The notes under the pieces were generated by a model that worked only from the letters and a program-made list of their open reading frames with translations, made no database searches and was not told the origin of the DNA. A stretch of 36,100 nt of DNA from Halocafeteria seosinensis (Eukaryota), in contig LVLI01000579.1 of the NCBI GenBank assembly GCA_001687465.1, positions 1 to 36,100 of the forward strand, in the 5' to 3' direction. This document shows, one piece after another, positions 1-13,000 of this stretch (the stretch's first letter is position 1; each line of letters starts with the position of its first letter). The translations under genes and the position numbers were made by a program.

Positions 1-3000
1 TTCGTCGCCCCAGCAAAGGCCTCCGTCACTTCGCCCTCGTCATTTTGCACTAGCTTTGTTGCTTGCAACCAAGCCGCGTATAGTGCGGCTTCAGCCCTGT
101 TAGAGTCAATGGAGTCTGTAACTCGCTTCAATTCAATCGCAGCGCGCAACGCCCGAATAGTCAAAAAAATATCCGTGCATACACTATTATAGTCCACATA
201 AGTCTGCGGTTTCTCTTGCCAAACCCCAATGCTTTCCTGCTTTCCTGGTTCTTTAGTATGCAGCCGACGACGCAGGAGTTTGACGAAGTAGTGCTGGCAT
301 TCATACTCGCGAAATATGTCGTAACCAGTTTCGGAAGCAACCGTCGATACCCATTTAATCGACGTTTTTATATATTCGAACAATTTGCCATCAAAACAGT
401 TAGAAGGAGGAACGCCATCTAACGTAGCCTTAGTGGATGTTAGCTCATCAATCTGCCCTTCGTCAAGTAACGAAAACGACTCTCGTCTTAACCGTTGAAG
501 CACTCGGGAGTTGTCTAGCAACAGATCCAAAGCGATTGTGTTTGACGGGCGGAGTAAATATTCGCAAGAACCATTGACGCGTCTGACGCTCTCAATCTTG
601 AGAAAGCCCAATTCAAGGAGTAGTAGCCGCAGAGCATACAAGTCACCCTCGTATTTAAAGAAGCAATCCAAGGGCAGTGTTTCCTCCAAACGAGCGTCCT
701 CGATAACCCCTCCGAAAAAGGCATCCACAACAGCGTCCACGTACTCATTTATCGCGAAAAACAGGGTCATATATCCTTCTACCCATGACTCCCTCCAATC
801 CCGTACACGCTTGGGTTCAAGCCTCAATTCCCACAGAAAGTGATAAAAATCGCGAGGTGAGAAAACCCCGCCAATCTTGATTTGTTGTTCGTTGTTTTGA
901 AAGGCTGTAAACTGGAAACCATTGTATCGCTGTTTGAAGTAGGAATACCAAACACGACTGCAGTCTCCAGAACTTGCCGTAGCTGCTTTAACTAATAAAG
1001 GATACCGTAGTTCGTTCTTGATCTCGTTGAAAGCTATCGATAACTCACTCTCTCCAATCACCTTCAACGCCCCTTCTTCCGTCTCTTTATACGAGCTCTC
1101 AAAAGCTTTAACCATTTCCGTTTCTGTTATACCAACCACACCACCATACGTCGGGTCGCGACAAGTGTCCACGAGTTCCAGATCGGACAAACCGATACCT
1201 GAGATCGATAACAGCGACACTATAAGCACACTATGGAGGTATTTTTTCTGACCGACAAGTATACTTTTTATCGTGGCTAAAAGGCCTTTGGTCTCCTCCA
1301 ACGAACGTTCCAGAACTTGCTTCTGTCCGCGCATAAATTCCTCAGCTTCTTCGGGCGTTTTTGGTCCGGATCTGCTGCGTTCCTCTAAAAGAGATTCCAA
1401 TCCCCTTCGCCATGGATTATCAAACTCATCGATGAGGACAATAACTTTAGAAGAAACAGTGGAATAGCTCAAATGCCCGTTCGATTGTTCAATGGCGCTC
1501 TTCCACAAATTGCTAAGTGCTTCAATACCTTCCTTGAAGAGGTTACCGACGGTCTTGGGTGTCCCATCAGTACTTTGCGACTCAAGCAAAATGCCTTCTT
1601 CCCGAAAACTTTCTATAATGGTTTTTCTCATGCCCCGATCACTCGTAACAGAAAGAAGGCTGATAAAAACTGATGGATGCAATGGGCTCTTAATAAAATC
1701 CTCTCCTTCCTCTAAACTTTTTAGCCCTTGAATAAATTCGGAATACTGGGTTTCGTTTTCAAAGCAACCATCTGACATTGCTGATCGAAAAAAAGAAAGT
1801 GCAAACGACTTGCCAAAACGTCGGGGGTATTGCAAGTGCAATACATTCTGATGGACTTCTCTCGTTGGATCGATTAATTTCTTTAGATTCTTTGTCTTGT
1901 CAATGCACCGCCGCTGGCGTATCATGTCCCCGGCATGGCCCTCCGGACGCACACAATCACCGAGAACATAGTATGGCGGCTTCTTTTCATCGCTCAGACT
2001 ATTTTCCCTGACTCTGATCATGGTAATGAGCCTCTTGGCGAGGTCAAGAGCTGCAATTCGGACGAAAGAAGTCATACACACAAAAAAAGTAGCGGAATCG
2101 CGCTGCTATAGTAGCACTTCTTTTCACTATTGGCGTCGTCTACTCACCTGGATCAGCACGCGAAGCACCTGCAAACATAAAACAAAACAAGACAGCACAA
2201 CAATATGGTGAAAGACTGATAATAGACCGTACTAACCACAACAGACGCACTGTACTTACCGGCTCCCCCACAAGTATACTTACCCGTAATGGCTGCGGCC
2301 TGGCCAACGCGAACTTTTTGCAACAAGAGCGCCAATTCCTCAAGGTTGTAGTTTCCTGCTCGGCCACTCTTAGCTGAACCGTCTCCTGCAAACAGCGAAG
2401 CATTTCAAGCGAAGACCAGGTAAGGCAAGACAAAGATGTGGCGAAGAAAAAACAAAACCACAATGTCCACTTCTGATTTTGAGTGTAGGAAAAGGGTGAG
2501 TATGATAGAAGACCATTATATGGTGAAGGCCAATGCACTAGCAGCATCTCCCTCTCATGGGAAGCCTTAGTTTCGATTCTCAGCATTTACCTACCTGCGT
2601 GAGTCTGTCGTTTGTTTTCTTCGAACGCCGCAACGCCGAGGTTTTTGGCAACCAGCTCGTTATGCCGAATGTGTTCCCGAAAAAGGTCTATGGCGTCCCT
2701 CTGGGCCGCCAGAAAGTCACTGCCCCAGTCAATACGGTCGTCATTGATTTGTGTAATCAAGCTTGGAGAATCGATGCCTTTCTTAAGCAATCTGGCCCTC
2801 ACCCACGCAAGGAATGCTGCATGCAACGAAAAGTCAGACTGTATCATACGCACTCACTTCTTACCCACTTTCCGGTACGTACTTTGATACGCAGCAGTGC
2901 CTATCCTACCGTCTGACCCTTCACCTGCCGCCGCTCTTACAGGCGTATACGGCCGAACAACTGCAAGGGAAAGAAAAAAAGAGGACTGGAGCGCGAAGCA

Positions 3001-3296
3001 GAGCCCGAAGCCAATGAAATTGCCCTCTACTCACTACCCTTGGGAACACTTTCTTGGTTTTGATCCCCTCCAGACTGTCGTTGTCGTTTGGGACCGCGAC
3101 TAAGTGAGCCGCTCTCGGTTGTATCAATCGCAGCATCAGCATCGTTACCTGGAGCCAGCTCTGCCTCGTACGGAAGCATCTCACTTCCTCCGGGAACGCT
3201 CGATGTAGCAGACACAAAAGCTGTATCTGTGGTAAAAGTAGCCTGGGTAGTCCCCTCCGAAGTATTAGTATTAGCTGATGCATTTCTACACGCCAT
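1..3296 (-). CDS. AAA-ATPase-like NTPase + PD-(D/E)XK nuclease fusion with N-terminal header (3' end outside window)
   Basis: Manual translation of the minus strand is open from 2050 to 1. Motifs: CIDKTKNLKKLI, Walker A YPRRFGKS (~1806-1829), Walker B KVIVLIDEFDNP (~1413-1448), VGITETE, RYNGFQF, VFSP, LLELGFL, then E...TDIFL...AIELK (~126-176). These match the order I know for the AAA-ATPase_like (PF09820) + PDDEXK_9 families. Phase-consistent exon model: 3296-3035, 2960-2941, 2838-2595, 2385-2284, 2168-2148, 2050-<1. Confidence 0.85.
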
Positions 3297-3541
3297 TTTC
3301 TCGAAGGATTATAGCTAAACTTGTCCGAATGGCTCCGAAAAGGAGGGAAAAAACTTGTGCCGTGCTGGCAAAGAGACAGCCAATAGCGACAGTAAGCAAA
3401 GAAAACAAGCAATGCGATTCTTTTAGGAATTGTTCTACCGCCACAGATTAACAATGCCGGTAGCATTCATAAATTACTATATGTCTGAACTCGGAAGGAA
3501 ACCAATCGCCTCTTCAGCGCCCCTTTAAAACCTTTTTGTAG

Positions 3542-4099
3542 TTTCGGAGTTCAAGACTTCAAGTTCAAGTCCAAGGACCTGAGTTCCATTGTGGAGCGGC
3601 GGTATACGAGGATTTCGCGGATGAAATGGAGGCGACGCATCGGGATGATAGTATGCAGAGCAGACGGGAAAGCATGGGATGTTCGGAGACGGTGGGACTT
3701 CAAATACCCCCAGCCAGGCTGGCACAAAAGTTACCTAAGAGCTGCGCACACGGTAGACGAAGTCGAGAAGTTTATCGACTTCAGGCTCCACGACAAGCGT
3801 ATCCTCGTCCACAGATTGCGTAGCCTTCAGACCTGCATTCATGGGACTGCAGGCTGCTTCTGAGGTGTTGAAAATCCAGACCGTTCATGTTGTTCATTGA
3901 ACGGTATCGTTTCAATACCAAACCAAACCCGATCGGCGCCTGCGAGGCCGTTCTCAAGTTGACAGGACCTCGTGGGCTCAAGAGTCCATCCCCCACTGGT
4001 TTGTCTGCATACCATACATACGTGTGTATCGTGTTGTTGTGTATATGCAAGACGAAGTTTGCATTAGATAAGCCAGAGGTTTTTCAGGAAATATCGTAG
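3542..4099 (+). CDS. Possible small multi-exon hypothetical protein
   Basis: Protein-like open segments (FGVQDFKFKSKDLSSIVERR...WHKSYLRAAHTVDEVEKFIDFRLHDK; FMLFIERYRFNTKPNP...; DKPEVFQEIS*) flanked by plausible splice sites. I could not build a fully canonical model or find the start. Confidence 0.3.
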
Positions 4100-4166
4100 T
4101 TGTAGTCCCGCCGTAGGGAGACCTTGTCCGTGGAGCCCTCTACAGTATTCCTCTGACAGATTCGAT

Positions 4167-7100
4167 ATGTCGATGTCGTCATCACACGAAGCTATCTCCA
4201 GTAGCACCCATTCATGCCCTCAAGATGTCCAGTTTCATCCCTCAGATCTGCAACTCTTTACTTTCTTAAGCTACACGGATCGAACCGAGCGAATATGTGA
4301 TCTATACGCTGGCCGAATTCACGACGACAAGGTGGGTTGACGCTCTTCTTTCTTGTCTTCGTTCATAGTGGGGACCCAAGTTATGCAATGCAGGATATTG
4401 AGACGTATCCCTTGGTACGCTTCAAACAAGACCTGGAGCCGCGGCTGCCCGTGCCTCGAGAGTCCAAGCACCTCTCCTTGGAGGAGCAACTACGTCAAGA
4501 GAGAACACGCTCGCGAACAGAGGGTATTCACACATACGTCTGGTAAGTACATTGATGGCTCCTCCTGGGAAACTTGTCGTTGTTGCTTCCAAAATGGTGC
4601 GTTATGCAGGTCACCTTGTGCTAGTAAAACGCAGCCATATTTGTTGATCCCTCATGGCGCTAACCTGTTCCTCTCGGACTCGTTTTCTCCCGGATCGAAA
4701 CCAAAGTTGATTGTATCGGAAGAGCACTTTAAGAGCCGATCGGGGATACTAAGTATGTGATCTTTTCTAAGGGCAATCATCCACTTTTCTTCAGTATCTC
4801 AAGTCCTTCTTCGTTTTTGCAACATCAGATCCGACACCGTCTCCTGATGGGAAAATGGTTGCCTTTGTTAGCGATGGCGAAATATATCTCGTTCCTGTTA
4901 CGGATGTTTTCGATTCATGTACACTGCCGCTACAGCCTGTCCAACTTACACAAGGAACGCCCGAAACCTCCCGTGGAATGCCGGATTTTCTGGCACAAGA
5001 AGAATTGGAACGTTTGGTTGGATTTTGGTGGAGTTTGGATAGTCAATGGATATCGTTTCAAGGTAGGGAGACTGCCTTGTTGAGGCTTTGTGGTTTGACA
5101 GCTCTTACCTATCTCCCTCTTTTTACTCACCAGAGAACGATGAACTAGACGTGAGAGATATGAACATTGTACGATACGGGGACGAATCTACGGACAACGT
5201 AGAACGCCATAAGTATCCATTTTCTGGATCGAAGAATCCGAAAGTTTCCATAGGTATTCTTGCTGTAGCTCGCTCCCTGTCGGATCGTCGTGATGGCCAC
5301 GAGGCGGGATATGTATACCAACGGAGAGTACAGTGGCTGCGGATACCTTCAGTGTTAGATTTCTATCTCGTCAACGCGTTTTGGTGTCCGGATAATTCGT
5401 TTCTAGTTCAGACTATGCCCCGTTCGCAGCAGCAAGTTGATATACTTCGCTTTGCGCTGGATGGAAAGAATACTGTTGAATTATTGTTGCGAGAGTATGC
5501 TGCTGAATCACACTGGATAAATGTATCCCAGGACGCCCAGCTTTTGTGTAATGAGGAAGGTGGAGACACCAGTAGGTGCTATCTTCTCTGGCTGAGCGAA
5601 AGGACTGGATACAGGCATTTGTTTTGTCATCACATCAATTTACGACAGTTTAGTGAAGCATCTGAGGATGTGCTATGGGACAATTACACGAAGTCCGACA
5701 GCGGACAACCATGTCAACCACCTAAACGACATCCTATTCCTGATTCCTCTATTTCAAAGTGCGAGCAGTTAACTGACGGTATCTTCACCGTGCAGCGGGT
5801 AATAAAGGCCTCCGTGGCAAGAAACCAGGTGGTTTTCGGTGCAAATGTGTCTTCGCCCTTGGATTTTGGCGTATTCGCCGTGCCGTTATTCCCCGAACAG
5901 CGATCAAACTGTAACCACTTTGGAAGCATTTCGTCGGTTCAGCTGAATGCGTCTCTGTCATATTCCGGTGACGACATCCTATCCTGGGGTACCCGCAAGT
6001 GCGTTTATCCAGTTTTCGCCAGAGCAGGTGCTCATAATGCAGTACTGAATTGTAACTGTTCTGTCGCCTTAAGCCGATATTCTAGTCGGTCTGATTCCTT
6101 GCAGTGGAATGCTTACGTGTTTCAAGATAGCTCTTGTATCCACTGTGGACTTCTTTGGGAAAAGCCGCCACCTTCAAAAGGTTCATCGGATGCCAGAGTT
6201 GACTTCTTCAGCTGCCTCGCCGCTGATGAAACCAGCACTTTGTTCGGGTGCGTGTGGAACCCCCAATCTCCTATCTCGGCTGCGAAAGGCAGTCGGACGG
6301 TGGTCACAGTCTATGGAGGTCCTCATGTACAGCGTATTCAAAACTCGCATGTGTTGTTGGAGAGACAAAGCGCCATTTCCAGATTAATTGAATCAGGGTT
6401 CACTGTTGTTGCCGTAGACAACCGGGGGAGCGCTAACAGGGGTGTAGCCTTCGAAAGCGTCCTTCGAAATAGACTTGGAAAAGTCGAAGTCGATGATCAA
6501 GTAAGATGTCTCATGTCCCTCATGCGCCGGTTCTCTGGAATGATTATTTGTGCGATGCAGGTAGCAGCGCTGAAGCATTTGTCGTTGTTGGGCGCCGTGA
6601 ATATGACACGAGTGGGGATATACGGATGGAGTTATGGCGGCTACATGGCCCTTATGTGCCTCATGACTGCTCCCTCCATATTCAAGTCGGCAGTTAGCGG
6701 GGCCCCCGTCACTGACTGGAAATACTATGACACGTGCTACACTGAGCGATACATTCGGACCCCACAGGAAAACCCTGAAGGCTACACACTCAGCGACGTG
6801 AAACATTACGTTGAAAATATGAAGGGAGATCTACTTCTTGTAAGTATCACACTGTCTTGCATGGTATAGATCTACTAGATTTCGAGCGCTCTGTATTTAT
6901 CTGTCATTATGCAGGTCCATGGACTGATTGATGAAAACGTGTATTTCCAGCACACGGGTTCGTTACTCCAAGCTTTAGTCTCTCATCGGAAAAGACATCG
7001 CCTTGTAGCCCTTCCAAACTCACGTCATGGTCCCAGGTAAGTTTTTTTTCTGTTCGCATGCGTCTTCGTGCCATACACGTACGCCTAGCCGTAACTCATG

Positions 7101-7174
7101 ACCGCAGAACTCCCCAAGAATCATGGTTCATCGAAGATGCCATCGTTGACCATTTCACAACGACGTTGGTTTGA
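4167..7174 (+). CDS. Dipeptidyl peptidase IV family (S9B), cytosolic DPP8/9-like
   Basis: LSLEEQLRQERTR..GIHTYVW, PSPDGKMVAFV, AQEELERLVGFWWS, KYPFSGSKNP, VYGGPHVQ, DNRGS. Catalytic triad: GWSYGG (Ser), HGLIDENV (Asp), SRHG (His). About 7 GT-AG introns; ATG 4167, TGA 7172-7174. No signal peptide or TM segment seen. Confidence 0.93.
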
Positions 7175-7665
7175 AAGCCCAGGAGTTCCACTCTGTTCTT
7201 TGATGCTTCTTGCACAGAGGTGCTGACGCTGTAATCCTGGGTCGCTGATATGACTCGTGTTGGACCCTGTAGGCTGGGACCTAATTCTACAGCATGTTCG
7301 TAGTCCAATACCACCCATATAATATAATACCAAAAGGAAGAATATTGATGTATATATGTCGCCGTGCTTCCTGCGAGCTCTAAATGTAGCATTATCCGTC
7401 TCATTGCATCCCTTCATAATGATTCCTATCTGGACTCCGGAGCCAGCGAGGGCCAGTGAGGCACTTACGACCGTTGATTAGTCTGTGAAGTGTCCATTCT
7501 TTAGCTTGTCATTGCCAAGTTGTGCAGACTGTGCAGTCAGTGACGCAGTGTTTGATTGGTTTCCCCGGATAGTCATAGTGGTATATTGTGCAAAACAGGA
7601 GGTGTCAATCCGCTCTGTTGTCCTTTATGAAGCGGAGTGGGTGGATGTGCATGCAGCATTATATC

Positions 7666-9557
7666 ATGCCCCTAACGACCACGACGAGGACCAACGGCAG
7701 CCGCCCTTGGACCAAAGGAGAGGAGGACGACCACCAGCGGTTCGAGCTGAAGCGACTCGAATTAATCCGTATGAATATTGTCAGTATACCGTCGTACGCG
7801 TGGAAAGATATGGCGTTCAAGACGCTCCGGGAATTGGATTTAAGTCGCAATCAACTCGTCCGGGTGCCAGCGGTAGCGGCACTCGTCAACTTACGCTCGC
7901 TCAAACTGTATTACAATGGAATCCAAGGATGGACGGATATTGCCGCCCTTGGACACAATCAGAACCTCGCGCACCTAGACTTGCGCGTGAATCCCTGCTC
8001 GAATCGACCAGGGTATATCGAGTAAGTCTTCGTCTTCGTCTTGGGTTGTTTTTCGCCCCAACGTGAATGCTGCCTTCAAACACAAATGCGTGCTTGGTAT
8101 TCGACTCAGATACATTCTCCGTAACGTTCCCCAACTAAGCATGCTGGATGGAGTAGACATTGCTACTCACAAAACCTACAGAGAGAATCTTTCTGTCTGT
8201 TGGACGAAGGACGCAGTCATCAACAGCGGAGACCAAACATCGGCAGCTTGTCTGGAGCAGTACGACGACGACGACGAGACTGTAGAAGAGACAACCGTCC
8301 ATGGTACGGGGGTTGTGTTTGGCCACAACGATTTTAATATTAAGTGTCCCGTACGCGCTGTAGTGCGCCGGTCCCGAAGCCAGCATCAGACTGGTAGATC
8401 GGCAAAGGATAGCGTGGCGCTCCAACGCAATCCTTTGGCGGAAAAGAACCCAAATCACACTTTTTCATGCTCAGAAGAAATGGCACGCAAAGGCGATTAC
8501 GATGACATTGCCTGCCGCGTACAGGGTTTCAGAAAGGTTAGAGAAGAAGTATTGGATTTATTTTCTGATACAGTTGTGGGAAGACGATCGAGTGCCCCAA
8601 CGTCTAGTTGCAAGGAGGAAGTGTTTCCTCACTGGACCAACAATCAATTTCCGCGTCCGTTAAGAGATGCGAACGATGCCCACCGGCAGACTCCCGCTAG
8701 ATCTACCGATGTCCGCAGTAGTTCTGTGCAATCATCGAGAATCAACACATGTGTGTGCCAAGATGCTGACGTGCGTGGTCTAATTCGGCAATGGCCTGGC
8801 TCAGGCATTATTTCTACAGTGGATAGCAACCCCTACCTGGACAGAGAACCAATGCAGCTTTCGCTTACCGTAGAACGAACATGCCAACACAGTATACAGA
8901 GTAGTGTCGCTAACTGTAATTCTTCGCTTTCTATAGAAAATCACGTTGAATCGGATAATATTGTTTCTTCATTGCCGCAAACTGCCGAGAAGGGCGTGGG
9001 TCCAACCGCTTTCGCCCAGGAGCAGGACATCTCTCGAAGCAAATCCTTGGAAGCACAAGTAGCTGAATTGCAGCAACTTGCGTACTCAAGGGGGCAAAAT
9101 ACTAAGGCTCAATGGCCTTTCTTGAGAGGGCAGACCCGAGTTGTGGTCCCCTCTCGCCCACTCCCTCGACCGGATGAGGGCGTTGGCTCCCTCAGGGAGG
9201 CCCCTCCTGAGCCAAGCTCGAAAGATCATGGTGACTCCGGTGAGCTAGATGGATTCGCCAACTGGAAGGAGAAGTATTATCATGAAGAGAACTTGTGGCG
9301 CCACAATTTTTTTGTCCTAAAGAGCCACTATGAAAAAGCAATCCGAAGGCTAATGAGCCTGCAAGGTGAGGGGCTCTCAGCATCCTCCAGCTCTAACACA
9401 AGTTGAACAGCATGGATTTTGTCGGCGACAACAGATGTTGCAGCTGCCCCATACGGTACTAATGCCGTTCCTTCTCTACAAAGGACTTTACTATGCAGGA
9501 AGAGTAAGAGAAGACAGTTTCCATTCAGATCTTGTTTTCCTGAAGCAATGCGCCTGA
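7666..9557 (+). CDS. LRR + LRRcap protein, CEP72/LRRC36-like, with long low-complexity region and C-terminal coiled coil
   Basis: FKTLRELDLSRNQL...LRSLKLYYNGI...LDLRVNPC..PGYIE|YILRNVPQLSMLDG, joined across an intron at ~8022-8109. LDLSRN/LYYN/RxNP pattern is typical of CEP72/LRRC36. Start uncertain; ends at 9406, or at 9557 if an intron from ~9366 is spliced. Confidence 0.75.
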
Positions 9558-10067
9558 TGGAAGCCATTGACGGCCGGGTGATCCACACACTGGAATGCAA
9601 TGGCGAGCTGGGCCGCGACATGCTCAATCACGGGGATTGGAAGACTGTGATAATGTAGTATGTGCAATGACGAGTGGTGCCATAGCGGGGGAAATCTAAG
9701 GCAACCTAAGAAATCTGAGAGTGTAAACGTCTCACGAATTCCCACTGTTGCAAAGGTAATGGCGTGAATCGTTAGCCAGTATGTGTGAAAACCATACACG
9801 CTATTCGGCCGAACCAATCAAATCGATGTTTGCTTCCACTCGACGACTCAGAAACTTCGAACAGCTGATAAATAAGTCATACGACTGCCACATGGTGCAG
9901 TGGATTGACCACCTACCCCCAGAAGTGCTGTACCTCACATTTGGTTCACAATGTTCGAAAACAAAACAATTAGTTAATGTGCCAATACTTGTTGGCATTT
10001 ACTTTCTATGCTCTCTACTCAGGTAAAACCTATTGTACTCTTCAATGGCTTGCCGTAACTATTTCCC

Positions 10068-13000
10068 TTAGTAAATCATACCGTTTTTCGCAGCAACGGC
10101 CCGACACGTTCCACCCCCCGACACATGCAATGGTTTACCGCAATAGCAAGCAGTACCTTCCTCGTTGGTCCTTAGCTGAGGAAGCACATCTTTCCATGCG
10201 TTCTTCTTCTTAGAAGGATCTACTACTGGCGGCTCGGCTGCTGTGGCGACGCCTTCCGCTCCTATGCGATCGCCCACAGCAGAGTCTGCTGGAGGCTCAA
10301 TGAGCTCGACGCAGTCCTCGGTATTAGCGCATAATACCATTCCCTGACTCTGAAGTCCAACCATTTTCTTAGGTTTAAGGTTGCAAACTACCAACACTTT
10401 CTTGCCTTGGAGCTGCGACAGCTCGTAATGTTGCACCAACCCAGAAATAATCTGTCGAGGAGACTCTTCCCCGATGTCGATCTCCTCGCAGTATAACTTG
10501 TCTGCGCTCTCATGTTTCCATGCGTTGGTAATCATCCCTACGCGAATATCTAGGTTTGCGAATGAATCGACATCGCTGCGTTCAGTATTGTCTTGCTTCC
10601 CACTCTTTCCCTTCACTTTCCCACCTCCTTTTCTTCCCGAAGATTCGTCATCGGGTGGCCCACCAAACTTAGCACGGAACCCCTGGATGTCTTCCTCGGA
10701 TATATGAGAAAACAGGGGTTGCGCTTTACCAATTGAATGTCCCGCGGGGGTCAGTTTGGCGGGATTGAAAGACTCAGGGATATCTGCGTGGTCTAGCTGT
10801 AGTTGATACGCAACTTTATCAGCAAACCCAGGCATAAATGGCTCTGCCACGGCAGCAAGGAGCCGGACTAGAGCAATACTGTTAGCTACAACAACGCGGC
10901 ACCTCTCCGGGTCGGAATTTCTCAGTACCCACGGCTGAGTGTCCTGAATGTAGAGATTGCCGGCCGACGATATACGCATCACTTTCAAAAGCGCTTTCCG
11001 CAACGCGACGTGACTCATGAGCTCGTTATACTCGTCGAGATGGAAATTAACTTCACCAATCAAGGCAGCATCACGCGCTTCACCAGTCTTGGAATCCACT
11101 GATGAAGCAGACGCTGTCTCGCTAGCATCTCCATGGTATGTGGAGAACCGGGCAGCAGCATTCTGACGAGCCTGCTCTATTTCCTCCGGATAGCGCGTGG
11201 CATCGGTCCCAGCAGAGGGGATTTCGCTCTCATAATATGAGTTACACAAAGTCAAAGCTCGATTGACGAGGTTTCCCGGGTTTTTCAGCAACTCATTATT
11301 ATTCCGATCCTGCGACGATGGATAAGTAACATTGAGCCACAACGAAACCTGCACGATAAACAGCAGCACTACGTACAGCAAAATCTCTCCAATTAAAGAC
11401 GCTATCTTGCGTCTCTGGTCTCACAGCTAAAAGATAATAGCGCCACACTTCCGTTGGAATACCAGTTTCCCACACTTGGTCACCGAATACACCGATATTC
11501 CGGGACTTGCTAAATTTTCCGGCCTCGTAGTTCAAATACTCAGTCGTCGATAGGTGATGGACAAGCGTCCATTCTTTGCCAGTCCCAATCAACGTACACG
11601 GAAACACTACAGAATGAAACGGCACATTGTCTTTGCCCATGAACTGCTGCAGTTTCACCTTCTCCGGATTTTGCCACCATTGCCTCCATTCAGAAGTATA
11701 GTTTGCAGTGATACTGACGTAACCAATCGGCGCATCGAACCAAACGTAGAACACCTGCAAGAAATTCCAAGTGCAAACAAATCTCATATTTCAGTCAGCA
11801 TACCACACGCGATCCAAGCCGAAAGCTTACTTTGCCCTTGTAGTCTTCCAAATCGATCTCACTTGCCGTCTTAGATGTTACAACAGGGGTGCCCCATTTA
11901 AGGTCACGGGTAATTGCCCGTGGTTCCAAGCCTTTGTCAAGCCAAGACTGAGTTATGGTAACTCCATTCTCTGTCCATTCTCCCTCAGAAGCGGTCTTGT
12001 GAACCCAATCCTCTAGTCGCGGCTGCAGCTTGCCCAAATCCAAAAACATGTGTTTAGTGTCTCTTTCCTCCAGTGAGTGGTCCTTGTTCATTTTACAGCG
12101 ACGCTCTTTCAGCTCGAAAGGGGTCAAAAGGCCCCCACACGAGTCACATTGATCTCCTCTTGCATCGTCATAATCGCATTTCGGACAAACGCCTTCAATC
12201 AAGCGATCTGCCAGAAACCTGTCACACCCGATACAAAAAATCTGGAATCAGAGTATGCACATCATTAATTTTTAAAAATGAGTTGAATGATCCCAGCTAA
12301 CAAACCTGTGTAGAGCTCTTTTCCAAGATATTTCCATTTTTGTAATTATCGAGGAAAATGTCTTGAGCAATGATTGTATGCGGCCAGTCCGGAGTGTTGG
12401 ATGGCTCAGGACATGATGTCCTCCCAAAATGATCGAACTGAATGTCGAACCAATCGTAAACTTGCCTGAACAAGTGGCCTCAATTAAAATCGCTGATTTG
12501 AATCAATGGGTAAGAGAATGGTTAACAAGCAACCACACGTACTTGTGGATGTTAAAGTAGTAGTCACAAATCTCCCTGGGTGAAACGCCCTCTTGAATGG
12601 CTTTGGTTTCTGTAGCCGTTCCGTACTCATCCGTTCCGCAGATGTAGATAGCATTCTTCCCTCGCTGTCGACACCACCTGCATCCATATATAAGATTGAC
12701 TATGCAACTAAAAGATAGCTTCCCACAAACAAGAATTTCAAACCCATTCATACCTGGCGTACACATCGGCTGACAAAACGCAACCGATAATGTTGCCCAA
12801 ATGGGGGACATTGTTTACGTAAGGAAGCGCTGAAGTGATCAAAATATTCTCTTTGCCATCTTCTGGAAGCACAGGACCAGTGTTGGACTGCAACAACAAG
12901 ACCAAGTACAGTAGCAGGTAGTGTGCACAGTCGAGCTCATGCGGCGTCACTTACCGGAGGAGTTCGCTTCTTTCTTGGAGCCTCTTCAACAGGTTTCATA

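Noticed and set aside
216..2211. Many short plus-strand ORFs in the track
   Set aside because: They are antisense shadows of the minus-strand NTPase-nuclease gene and have no motifs of their own.
6501..6560. In-frame, stop-free 3n introns (also 24703-24765 and 30100-30162) as a sign of relaxed NMD
   Set aside because: A few among several dozen short introns is about what chance gives, and UPF1 appears intact.
4167..7174. Functional link between the DPP8/9-like peptidase and the neighbouring NTPase, by analogy to DPP9-NLRP1
   Set aside because: Only proximity supports it; no FIIND/CARD-like sequence is seen, and eukaryotic neighbours are usually unrelated.
9660..10060. 81-aa ORF 9781-10026 between convergent genes
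   Set aside because: No recognisable motif or splice context; likely 3' UTR or intergenic.
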